From: Candidatus Spechtbacterales bacterium | GTDB taxonomy: Bacteria > Patescibacteriota > Minisyncoccia > Spechtbacterales > 2-12-FULL-38-22 | Direction: 5' to 3' | Assembly: GCA_040900345.1 (NCBI GenBank) | Contig: JBBDZE010000035.1 | Span: forward strand, 20,125-57,509 | Length of the DNA: 37,385 nucleotides | Shown: positions 27,726 through 36,678 of the stretch, piece by piece | Layout of the letters: each line of letters starts with the position of its first letter | Position numbering within the stretch: position 1 is the first letter of the stretch | Position numbers and translations under genes: made by a program | Notes under the pieces: model-generated | What the model saw: only the letters and a program-made list of their open reading frames with translations | Told to the model about the DNA's origin: nothing | The model's database searches: none

Positions 27726-28124
27726 CTACATCTGGTTTACGACCTCCCGTAGGAGCTCGCGCTGCCCCTCCTGGTCGCCGTTGGCGATCAAGCGGGCCAG
27801 TGCTTCTTGAACGGAGCCCTTGGTCCCTCCAGAGAGGAAGTCCGCGAGGCCGCTGATGTCCAGAATCTTATAGGCCTCGGTCGACGGACTTGGGTGGGCG
27901 GCCTGCTTGGTGCCGACGAGGCTGACGCACCTCGTCAGCAGCTCCTGCTTGTTCGGCTCAAACCTGTCTGGATCGAGCTTGAAGCTCGACGAGTCGAGCT
28001 TCAGCAGCGTGGACAGCCTGCGGCCCTCCACAAGGTGCTCCACCCGCCCCCAGATCTGCCGATCCTGCCAGATCAGGAACGCACACATTACCCCGAGGAC
28101 CACGACGCCAATCTCAGCAAACAC
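27726..28124 (-). CDS. N-terminally anchored orphan protein; start moved to GTG (MFAEIG)
   Basis: SD GAAGGA; promoter TTGACA-N17-TATTAT (28231-28203). Confidence 0.6.
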   Translation of the reverse strand: MFAEIGVVVLGVMCAFLIWQDRQIWGRVEHLVEGRRLSTLLKLDSSSFKLDPDRFEPNKQELLTRCVSLVGTKQAAHPSPSTEAYKILDISGLADFLSGGTKGSVQEALARLIANGDQEGQRELLREVVNQM

Positions 28125-28260
28125 GATAGTATCCTTCCCGCAAAGAAGTCCTTGACAGAGAACCCTGTGCCCCCCGCCAATCTCCCTCACGTTACTGTTA
28201 TAATAATAGCATAAAGTGATAAGTTTGTCAATAGCAAAAACGGCCGCTTCCCACCCAAAC

Positions 28261-28578
28261 CTAAACGGCTAGATAGCGACAGAAATGACAAGCCCCCGCC
28301 CGCTCCAACTCATCCATATACCGCACGACTGTGCGGTCCGTTACGCCCAACTCATCCCGAATGTCGGCATTTGAAAGCTCGGGGTTCTGCGCGAAAAGCT
28401 CCATTATTTTTTGCTTGTTCGCATTCTTGCGAATGGTCTGATCCATAGCCGCCCGACACATCCCCGAAAGTTCTTGGGCAGTTGAAGTCCCGCGCTTTTG
28501 TGCCCCCCGCCGCGCCAGCCACAAAACCGCGGCCGCTGCGGTAATTATGGTGATGAGAATGTATGGGAAGGGGTTCAT
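28261..28578 (-). CDS. TM-anchored winged-helix protein, apparently 3'-truncated
   Basis: KIMELF..LSNADIRDELGVTDRTVVRYMDELE; the last ~10 codons are read from repeat B and the wing strands are absent. Confidence 0.7.
   Translation of the reverse strand: MNPFPYILITIITAAAAVLWLARRGAQKRGTSTAQELSGMCRAAMDQTIRKNANKQKIMELFAQNPELSNADIRDELGVTDRTVVRYMDELERAGACHFCRYLAV
28262..28297. repeat. Copy B of the 36-bp imperfect direct repeat
   Basis: TAAACGGCTAGATAGCGACAGAAATGACAAGCCCCC. Confidence 0.85.
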
Positions 28579-28716
28579 ATAAATTACGGTTCGCCCTAAA
28601 ATTTTTGTGGGCTATTTATTTACTTGCGTTGCTCCTTCGCACCCATGCGCACACAAACCCTACCCGCTGACGCGGACGGGGCTCTCCCCCAATTTTATTT
28701 CCCTGGTCTTCCGAAA

Positions 28717-28875
28717 TCAGGTTCTTCCAGCTCTTTTACCTCCGCACCTACTGCAGGTGCGGAGGTTCTGATTTTTTCGATCATTTGGTTCACTGCATGT
28801 TAAGCACAGTCCTTGTGCCCACATTTCATCTGCATGATCCTGACCTTCTACGTCTAAATCTCTATTATCTTGCAT
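28717..28875 (-). CDS. 52-aa CxxC-CxxC zinc-finger protein (not in ORF track)
   Basis: MQDNRDLDVEGQDHADEMWAQGLCLTCSEPNDRKNQNLRTCSRCGGKRAGRT*; starts 35 nt after the DUF2779-like stop. Confidence 0.55.
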   Translation of the reverse strand: MQDNRDLDVEGQDHADEMWAQGLCLTCSEPNDRKNQNLRTCSRCGGKRAGRT

Positions 28876-28910
28876 AATTTAGACTATACGATTTTTACCT
28901 AACAATGACA

Positions 28911-30407
28911 TTAGGAATATAAATGCTTCCAGATTTTAAACATTGCATATGTATCAAGTTTACAATATTCCTTAAGGTCTTGCGAAATTTGTGCACGCTC
29001 TACATCGGAAGTTGTGGATGATATCATTTGCCACCAAGCATCAGATGCTTGCCCGCCTTCTTGGATACTAAGGTCTGAGTGTTGAGCCCCATCTACTAAC
29101 GCGGGGAATACTTTCTTTATGGATGTCTTCCCGCGAAAATCAGGATGCACATAGTATTGTTTTTTGAAAATATCTTGTAGATCATACATATCTGCATTGA
29201 TGCGCTCCAAAGCCACCCGATGTGCCGGATGCCGAGTGGCCATTTCTTTATTAACTCCTTGTTCAAAGCTCTTATTCCAAGAAATAACGCTTCCTCCTGG
29301 TTGTATGTGTTGTGTAAGTAACTCAATAACCATTTCAGAAGGATCCGATGCCTCCTCGTGCAAATATTCAACATGCTCAGGCTTGCTGGATGGATCATTC
29401 AAGATATGCAGTGAAAACTGAAATGGAATTCGTTGGTAGGGACTATATCCAGTAAACATTGGTATAGCGGGCGCAAATGTTTCGTAGTCAAGAAAATAGA
29501 GGGGAAACGTGAGTGAACCTAACTCATCCCGTATCTTCTCAATTTCAATGATTGATTTTTGAGTCAAGTGAACCTGCACTTGGTTTGCTTGTATTACGCT
29601 GAGTGTAATGTCATCTGGAATATCCTCAATGGCATATATCCCTCGTTCGACCATTGCTATCAATTTTTTCTTACTATTACCAATACGAGCCAAATCATGT
29701 ATCGAATAATCCGGAACTTCAGAGTGTGAATATTTAAATGTTGAACAATGGGTACTTCTTCCAGTAAGGTGACAATCGCAGCCTGTCCCTGGCTCGTCTT
29801 CTCGTGTGAGAAATTCAAGTGCAGCCTCCATCTTTGGTTCAATCCCAACAAGGCGATCTGTTATCTTCTCTGTCACGTCTTCTTTCTTAAACATCTCCTC
29901 AATTACCAGATCGCCTACACGGATATATTCCTTATTTAGATACACAAGGAAGCATCTGCCTAGAGGGACCTTGGCACGCATAAGTACTGACCTTTGAAAC
30001 GCAAGGTCGTCTATGTGGTCTCTATCACCACCGTTTTCTCTTATAGAATTGGCTCCTTTCACTTCACAGATGTTCCAGCAGTCTTTTTCAGCATCGTACT
30101 CAAGCGCATCTACTTTTGCTATAAATCCGTCAGTTACAAAAGTTGCTTGGAAAATTGTTGACACTTTTGAGAGCATCAGGCGCTCAGTTTCGTGCACAGC
30201 CTCATCCCCAGTTTCAACCACCTGAACACCCCCGGGGAATAGATTACGGGCGCACGACTCTACTTCATTCCCTTGCTCAACTAATTGAAGCTCAAAGGGT
30301 GATAGTGAAAACTGATCTAAAAGCTCTCGTTTATGCAATTTAAGCCATGTATTTTTGGGACACATCAGAAATTCCAAAAATTTCGTTTTTGAAACTAATG
30401 CCTGCAT
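28911..30407 (-). CDS. DUF2779-like protein: RecB/Cas4-like PD-(D/E)XK domain plus RNase H-fold DEDD-like domain
   Basis: SKTKF..CPK..WL, KVDAL, EVKGA, DLAFQ, C.C...C; FLDYET, PYQRIPFQFSLH, WNKSFE, SIKKV, YCKLDT. Confidence 0.85.
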   Translation of the reverse strand: MQALVSKTKFLEFLMCPKNTWLKLHKRELLDQFSLSPFELQLVEQGNEVESCARNLFPGGVQVVETGDEAVHETERLMLSKVSTIFQATFVTDGFIAKVDALEYDAEKDCWNICEVKGANSIRENGGDRDHIDDLAFQRSVLMRAKVPLGRCFLVYLNKEYIRVGDLVIEEMFKKEDVTEKITDRLVGIEPKMEAALEFLTREDEPGTGCDCHLTGRSTHCSTFKYSHSEVPDYSIHDLARIGNSKKKLIAMVERGIYAIEDIPDDITLSVIQANQVQVHLTQKSIIEIEKIRDELGSLTFPLYFLDYETFAPAIPMFTGYSPYQRIPFQFSLHILNDPSSKPEHVEYLHEEASDPSEMVIELLTQHIQPGGSVISWNKSFEQGVNKEMATRHPAHRVALERINADMYDLQDIFKKQYYVHPDFRGKTSIKKVFPALVDGAQHSDLSIQEGGQASDAWWQMISSTTSDVERAQISQDLKEYCKLDTYAMFKIWKHLYS

Positions 30408-30408
30408 T

Positions 30409-33400
30409 TTATTGATCAGTAAGAGGTTTTATTTTTAATTCATCCAACTTCTCCCACAAACTATCGAGTGCCTTATCTTTATGGCGGTAAAAAGAGCCGC
30501 CGCTTATACGCCAAAATTCCCAACCTGCACGACGCAATTGCCTTTCTCTTGTTTGGTCTGCCTCCCAGTTTTCTAGGGTGTGATATTGGTCACCATCACA
30601 TTCAACCGCCAAGCGAGCATTTTCCCCCTGAACAACAAGATCGATGCGATATCCGATGACAGGGTACTCAGGAATCACTTGATAACCTCGATTTATAATG
30701 AGATTGCCGACTTCGTAGGAAAATTGTGACGCTCTCCCGTTATCAAATTCCTTTTTGAGTGCTTTCCGACCTGCTTCCAACTCCTCGGTTTGCGGATCGT
30801 AATACCAATTTAATAGCTTGTATCTCCAATCATTTTGATTCTTAAATTCCTCAAGCGGAATTGAGTGGTAAAGAAATACCTGATCCCGACCTCGCGTAGC
30901 GGCGACGTTAAATCTCTGAGCGGTTCCTTTATCGGCCACAGCTCGTACGGTATCGTCAGGGTTATTTGGATCCAAAGCTTTTACCATCGATAGGAACATC
31001 ACGTCTCTTTCATCCCCCTGAAATGCGTATGCGTCACCACAAGTTATATTGCGTTCCTCAATAACTTTCTCGCCAATTTTAGGATGTTTGAGTAGCAACT
31101 CCTTTATATACTTTGCTTGATCCTCTGCAAGAAGTGAAATTACACCAAAAGTGCAAAGATGGCCATTCGGCCTTTGCTGATAGTTAGGGTCTTCAATTAA
31201 CTCGGCAATTTTCTCAACAATCTCCCTTGCTTCCGGCTCGTTCACTTTGTTATTTGTGTTTTGATAACCACCCTCAACTAGCTTAGGGACCAAGGCGGGT
31301 TTCAGTAATCCCTTAGGATTCGGGTGCCGCAGAGGTTCCAGCCTTCCTTCATAGATATGATGATTGCTGAAAGCAATAATCTCCGGAACAGATCTAAAGT
31401 GCTCCTTGAGCTGAATCATGTTTGAAATTCTGATTTGTGCCAACTCAAACAGACTCGATGTGATAGAGAAATTGCCCTTGTGTGGTATATCGTATAGGAG
31501 CCTTGAAATGAGTTCGAACACTCTTCCTTGATCTTGGAAAATACCTGCTGGGCTAATCTGATCTGGATCACCGACGACTAACAGTTTCTTACCTAGATAA
31601 GCAATAGTTAAGGCACGAATATCGCATTGACTTGCTTCGTCAAATATAACCACATCAAACATTCCTGCTTTTGGATCAGAAAACATTTGCGCCGCACGAT
31701 GTAGCGGCATAATCCAAACCGGAACGGCGTTTTTTGCCTCAACGAGAGAGTCTTGTGCATCGCGAAGCCACTTCGAAGCATATTTACCTGTACCTTTGCC
31801 GTACTTCTTCATTGCATGCGACCATGCCATCAAAGCAGCGCGTTGCTTTTCTGTAACCCTATCAATCTGCCGCTGCCACGCAAGAATTGTGACTAGTTCT
31901 GAGTTGAGCTGAAGTTCTTTCTTTGTAAGACGCTCGTGCTGGCCTTGGAGTTCGTCAACGCTTATGTGGTTGTAAATTTCATCTAACCAAGATTCCAAGC
32001 GGGCAATTTCCCAAACCAGTTCGAGATTGTCGGGACAATTAAATTTTTTCTTTTGATCTGCAAGTCCAACAATGTCTTGATATAGATTGGGAGCATGCTT
32101 TTTAATTTTTTCGGCAATTTCATTTAGCCGTATTGCGCGTTCTCTATTCTCAAACAGTATAGCTAACTCCTCAATCGCTTTTTTCCAAGCAGTACCGTTC
32201 CGTTTTTCTATCGCCTGAATAAGTTTAGTTTTAATGTCGAGTAATCTTGTAGAATCTCCAATGAGATGAATCCACTCGGAAAACGTTATATCGAGCTTAG
32301 ATAATCCGAATTTTGCTACGCTTGAAATAATTAGTTCTTTTGCCGAATCAATATCTTCGAGCTTTGCGAATGACAAATCCGAAAGCTGTTTGATCTTTTG
32401 AAAAGATTCTTGGATAGGCAAAAAGTCGTCATGGTAATTAGATAATCTCTTGATACCAGTAACTAAAACCTCAAGCTGTACAACGTCCAAATTTATGTCA
32501 GGCAAATCCGGCTTTCCTTTGAGCCCACTAAAACTTTGACTCAGAATAGTTTTAATTTCTCTTTCAGCCTGTTCTGCTGAAATTTGCTCATATAAAATTT
32601 GCACTCTGTCAGAAGAATCGGGTGATCGTCCATCAACGTTATATGCCTCTAAAACTTTTTTGGCATTTGTGGAAAGAAGCAATTTTCCAAAAGTACCCAG
32701 CTTGGTTTTCCCAGCAACTTTTCTTTTCAACTCCGCCACAGCATCCACTAAGTCGTTAATGGATAAAGATAATGAGCCGAAAATCTCATGCCCAATTAAT
32801 TTTTGTCTTGTTTGTGCTACAGATTCTGTTTTTTCAGCAATCTTGTTTAAAATAACCGTCCATTTGTCGCGCTCATTCTTGCTCTTTATGCAGGCATCGA
32901 AAATCTCGTATTCGTAGTTATTGTTGACCGAAACCAGGACTTTTCGCGCATTGTTTAACATTTCCCACAGTTTTTCTAGTTCGTCTTGATCTGCTTTTAT
33001 AGCAAATGAACCGAATGCTTTTCCCGATATTTTTGATTTCGAATTTAATTCTCGAAATTCAAAAAAAGCACCGAGGACAACATCCTCGTTTGGTAAGATT
33101 GTTAAATCGGGCAAACTAAATTTATGGAGATTTCTATCTTCCTTGCTGAGCTCTAGGAGTAGGCGATAGGCAGTTTTTAAATCATCGGTCGTAAAATCGA
33201 GATCGGTGTCAAAATGAATATTATCAGTAAACCATGATAGATTTTCGTTTGCTGAATGTTCACTAACCAACCCGGCCGCTTCTATTGGGCTTACCTCATC
33301 GCCGTTTATGTGCAACTTCTCAGTTGAATCGGTAAGAATATACTGGCGAATTTTATTCGCGATGACAGCCTTTTCTTCACGTGTTCGTGCAAGTTCTCTT

Positions 33401-35226
33401 CTAACTGCTTCAACTTTGCTTTCGCTGAATTTTGTACGACGTTCGCTTAAATTTGAGCTTATTTCTGCTATGGATTGCTGCAAAATTTCGTCGCGACGTA
33501 CCGTTTGCTGAAGTTGTGAGACTGTAAGGCTGCGGATATCTTCTGGCAATTTATCGCGTAAAACCTCTAACGCTTTGCTTGTTTGGGAGGTGACCAAAAC
33601 AGTTTTACCCTGCGACAGAAAGCGTGCAACTAGGTTTGCGATTGTATGACTTTTCCCAGTGCCCGGAGGCCCCTTAACTACAACGCCGTAATTTGTTTCT
33701 AAGCGTTCAGCAATTCTTTTCTGCTCATCATTCCAAGGTAGCGGGAAAAATAATTCGGCTTCTTTTAGCGCAATATCTTGATTTTGATCGCTGCCTTCAA
33801 CAACGCGAACGCCGTCTTGTTCGTCATTCTCTCCAATAAGGTCATTGATAAACTCTGTTGATTTTGCGTCGTTCTGCTCAATATCTCTACGAATTTTTTC
33901 TGCATACTTTGACCACAGGCTATTTGTTCTTTTCCGTACAAAAATCACTGGTGAATTCCAAATGCTCGGATTATCTGTGACAGTTGGTGCTGTACTTATT
34001 TCGTCACTAAAGTTGTTCTCGCTATCAGGCGAGAGATAGTTCAAAAAAATATTTACTTGAGACTTGAGGGTTTCTAAATGCCAAAAGTCGAACGGATTGG
34101 TGTTAATTACTCCCATCCAAGCATCAAGGTCAATTTCTGCCGGATTATCCATTTCCGAGACAGGGCTGATTTCGACAAAGCTCCTAAACATTGGATCGGG
34201 GTTGATCTCGATTGCTCTTTTCGATGCATCAAATTCTAGCGTTAAAGGCGTTAAGAAAATAGGAGCGTAAATGGTTCCAGTCTCTTGATTTTCCCAAGTC
34301 AAAACACCATGACCGAGCAACAATTCATATTCATCCCCCTCACTTTTTAGAAGAAGACGCAAGGCATAAAGCTGGTCATATAAAAGATTCGCCTTGTAAA
34401 CTTTTTTTACTCGATCAGCCCATTCTTTCCATTCGTTTTCTATATAACCGTTGAGCAATTGTGCAAGTTCAAGGTAATCCGTCCAATAGTCGGGAATGTA
34501 TCTCACCTCGATTATTTCGGGTAGTTTGTTTGGTTTTGGTACTACCCAATTTTGCAAAGATTCAGGCATCTGATTTCCTTGTTCAAAATCCTTTCGGAAT
34601 TCCTTGAAATCTTTTACTCGATTTTTACTAGTATCAAATCGCACCTTTCTATCGACTTTCTCTAGCGGTCTTGGTTCTTCCAATGGCGTAACTTCAGAAA
34701 CCCACTCCACAAGCTCCTCTGGCAAAGCTGGAGCGGCTTCAATATTTTTCTTCTCCACTTCTAGCCACGCTGTCTGTGCACCTGAGTCGTGAGACTCTTT
34801 GTCAGTATCGAAAGGACGAATGTAAAGGTTGTCCAGGTCGCGTGGATAATCCGCAAGCCACCATGGAGAAGGCGGCGCAATTGCAGTTTTGAAATCACGG
34901 ACCACTACATCGTCCAGTGACAAAACTTTTTCTAGATAGCCAAAAAGGCGCACTATTTTATTTTGTGCTTCGGCAGAAACTTCTATGTTAAAGTCGCTCT
35001 CTAGTACTGGAGTGTTCACATCTTCATTCTCTATTTCGCTTGCTTGATTTTGTGTAACTTTAGCCATTTTGTTTCTGGTTTTGTCCGAAGACCTGGTGTT
35101 TATTTTCTCTTTCGCTTTCTTACACTCCCAACAAATTCTACCTTGTTTAACCTTACGCGCCCGACACACCGAACAGACGGATTTTGATGCCCAATACCCA
35201 TCTGCATCAAACTTTTTACGTCTCAT
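30409..35226 (-). CDS. Large SF1 (DNA2/NAM7-like) helicase with coiled-coil insert and C-terminal DUF559/Vsr-like nuclease
   Basis: GPPGTGKS, DEASQ, VGDPDQ, EHFRS, FQGDERD, RFNVAATRGR; YRIDLVV..AVECDGDQYH..RERQL...GW.F.RI; N-terminal CxxC..CxxC. Confidence 0.9.
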   Translation of the reverse strand: MRRKKFDADGYWASKSVCSVCRARKVKQGRICWECKKAKEKINTRSSDKTRNKMAKVTQNQASEIENEDVNTPVLESDFNIEVSAEAQNKIVRLFGYLEKVLSLDDVVVRDFKTAIAPPSPWWLADYPRDLDNLYIRPFDTDKESHDSGAQTAWLEVEKKNIEAAPALPEELVEWVSEVTPLEEPRPLEKVDRKVRFDTSKNRVKDFKEFRKDFEQGNQMPESLQNWVVPKPNKLPEIIEVRYIPDYWTDYLELAQLLNGYIENEWKEWADRVKKVYKANLLYDQLYALRLLLKSEGDEYELLLGHGVLTWENQETGTIYAPIFLTPLTLEFDASKRAIEINPDPMFRSFVEISPVSEMDNPAEIDLDAWMGVINTNPFDFWHLETLKSQVNIFLNYLSPDSENNFSDEISTAPTVTDNPSIWNSPVIFVRKRTNSLWSKYAEKIRRDIEQNDAKSTEFINDLIGENDEQDGVRVVEGSDQNQDIALKEAELFFPLPWNDEQKRIAERLETNYGVVVKGPPGTGKSHTIANLVARFLSQGKTVLVTSQTSKALEVLRDKLPEDIRSLTVSQLQQTVRRDEILQQSIAEISSNLSERRTKFSESKVEAVRRELARTREEKAVIANKIRQYILTDSTEKLHINGDEVSPIEAAGLVSEHSANENLSWFTDNIHFDTDLDFTTDDLKTAYRLLLELSKEDRNLHKFSLPDLTILPNEDVVLGAFFEFRELNSKSKISGKAFGSFAIKADQDELEKLWEMLNNARKVLVSVNNNYEYEIFDACIKSKNERDKWTVILNKIAEKTESVAQTRQKLIGHEIFGSLSLSINDLVDAVAELKRKVAGKTKLGTFGKLLLSTNAKKVLEAYNVDGRSPDSSDRVQILYEQISAEQAEREIKTILSQSFSGLKGKPDLPDINLDVVQLEVLVTGIKRLSNYHDDFLPIQESFQKIKQLSDLSFAKLEDIDSAKELIISSVAKFGLSKLDITFSEWIHLIGDSTRLLDIKTKLIQAIEKRNGTAWKKAIEELAILFENRERAIRLNEIAEKIKKHAPNLYQDIVGLADQKKKFNCPDNLELVWEIARLESWLDEIYNHISVDELQGQHERLTKKELQLNSELVTILAWQRQIDRVTEKQRAALMAWSHAMKKYGKGTGKYASKWLRDAQDSLVEAKNAVPVWIMPLHRAAQMFSDPKAGMFDVVIFDEASQCDIRALTIAYLGKKLLVVGDPDQISPAGIFQDQGRVFELISRLLYDIPHKGNFSITSSLFELAQIRISNMIQLKEHFRSVPEIIAFSNHHIYEGRLEPLRHPNPKGLLKPALVPKLVEGGYQNTNNKVNEPEAREIVEKIAELIEDPNYQQRPNGHLCTFGVISLLAEDQAKYIKELLLKHPKIGEKVIEERNITCGDAYAFQGDERDVMFLSMVKALDPNNPDDTVRAVADKGTAQRFNVAATRGRDQVFLYHSIPLEEFKNQNDWRYKLLNWYYDPQTEELEAGRKALKKEFDNGRASQFSYEVGNLIINRGYQVIPEYPVIGYRIDLVVQGENARLAVECDGDQYHTLENWEADQTRERQLRRAGWEFWRISGGSFYRHKDKALDSLWEKLDELKIKPLTDQ

Positions 35227-35465
35227 TTCTATAGTTACCTTTTTGCTATTTCAGTTCCGAACAGACCTACCTCCCGTCTATTTATACTGTCCCAACTGAA
35301 TACGACACCCCCCAATAAGCCTAGCTCGACGTTGAGGAAAATAAGGACCTACGATTTTTACCATTACAAGATATTCCATAGCTCCGTATACCTCTTCCTT
35401 TCTAATTTACGCTTCCCCTTCAATGCACGCGCCGGCTAGCGCTTACCCAACTACGGGATAAGATA

Positions 35466-36605
35466 TTACCTAGTGACTACCTCGGCCCTCTGCAATAGCC
35501 AATCGATGTCAAATCTCGAGCTATCCTCCTTGACTGTTTCATCAAGATCTCGAATGGAATCATAAGAAAGGTACTTAACGACCCTGTCTAGTTCAAGGTA
35601 TGAATTCGAGAAAGTCGGCCGTTGTAACTCATTAAAAACTTTCTTCCGACGCTCTCTCGGAGCAACTATAAATAACGGGTAATTAGAGTTGGGGGTAAGG
35701 GCTCGCAAATCAGAAAGCCTAAGAATACCTGAGTATACCGAGGTTGAATTTTCCACCTCAAAAGCAGCCTTCACAGATTGCCCGAGCTTCCAAACTGCAT
35801 CTATATTCTTTATATAGATAGGGACATCCAAGGTTTCATGGAAATCCTCCAAAACCATAGGCCTAAAAACCTCCCCATTATACTCCTTTCCCTTGTCATT
35901 TTCTGGAACCCAAACATCGAAATGCGAGCGTAGGCCTAACCGAATAAGTCGCCATTGCATCTCGCTGTGCTCTGTAGGTTGCTTCTTAATTTCTTCGTCA
36001 ACCGCCTCAAATATCCTCCCTTTATCAATTTCAATTTTTTCAACCCGTTCGCCACTCTGTAATTTCTGAAGAAGAGAAATCAAATCCCCGTAGTCACTCA
36101 AAATCCTATCGGCCTTTGTCTGATCTACGGCCATAAATCCTTGCGGATGATACTTCCTTTGATAACCCAGGTATTCATTGAGCTTTTCAATGTCAACACT
36201 AAAGTCAACCTCATTAATCATGAAGTAGATTAATTCCCACGTCTTTCCATTAGAATCTTTCTGCCAAAAATATTCAGCAAGAGCGGCATTTCGTATTTTC
36301 ATGCCAATCTCTGCCGCAAGAATTATTTTGCCTCTTCGATAAACCATTACGTAATCTCCCGCTTCCATTGCCTCCCAGTTCCTAATATTACTAACACCAG
36401 GAACTGCTCCCCAGACGGCATAAGGACGCCCATGAGCATACTCTTCTAGAATATTTTTCTCTTCTAATCCTAGAAATCTAGAAAAATCGGATACTGGTCG
36501 TTTGTTTAGAATAGTATCGTAATAATGACGGTCAGTATCGTGACCGCCGCCCGCCATTACAAAAAATATTTTCCGTTTTTTATTCATAGACTCCTCACTA
36601 ACCAT
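35466..36605 (-). CDS. PUA/EVE-like reader domain fused to a PD-(D/E)XK restriction-like nuclease
   Basis: WGAVPG..N..NWEAMEAGDYVMVY; HSEMQW.L..LG, IDAVW, AAFEVENSTSVYSGILRLSDL, LFIVAP, ELQRPTF. Confidence 0.75.
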   Translation of the reverse strand: MVSEESMNKKRKIFFVMAGGGHDTDRHYYDTILNKRPVSDFSRFLGLEEKNILEEYAHGRPYAVWGAVPGVSNIRNWEAMEAGDYVMVYRRGKIILAAEIGMKIRNAALAEYFWQKDSNGKTWELIYFMINEVDFSVDIEKLNEYLGYQRKYHPQGFMAVDQTKADRILSDYGDLISLLQKLQSGERVEKIEIDKGRIFEAVDEEIKKQPTEHSEMQWRLIRLGLRSHFDVWVPENDKGKEYNGEVFRPMVLEDFHETLDVPIYIKNIDAVWKLGQSVKAAFEVENSTSVYSGILRLSDLRALTPNSNYPLFIVAPRERRKKVFNELQRPTFSNSYLELDRVVKYLSYDSIRDLDETVKEDSSRFDIDWLLQRAEVVTR

Positions 36606-36614
36606 GATTCTCTT

Positions 36615-36677
36615 CCCTAGAACCTAGCCCCTAGCAACTAGAACCTAGTGCCTATCACCTAAAACCTAACACCTAAT
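36615..36677. repeat. Nine degenerate tandem heptamers (consensus nCCTARn) at the island edge
   Basis: CCCTAGA ACCTAGC CCCTAGC AACTAGA ACCTAGT GCCTATC ACCTAAA ACCTAAC ACCTAAT. Confidence 0.8.
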
Positions 36678-36678
36678 T

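Noticed and set aside
27184-28297. 36-bp repeats as a CRISPR array
   Set aside because: Only two copies, 1078 bp apart, with genes between them; no cas1/cas2
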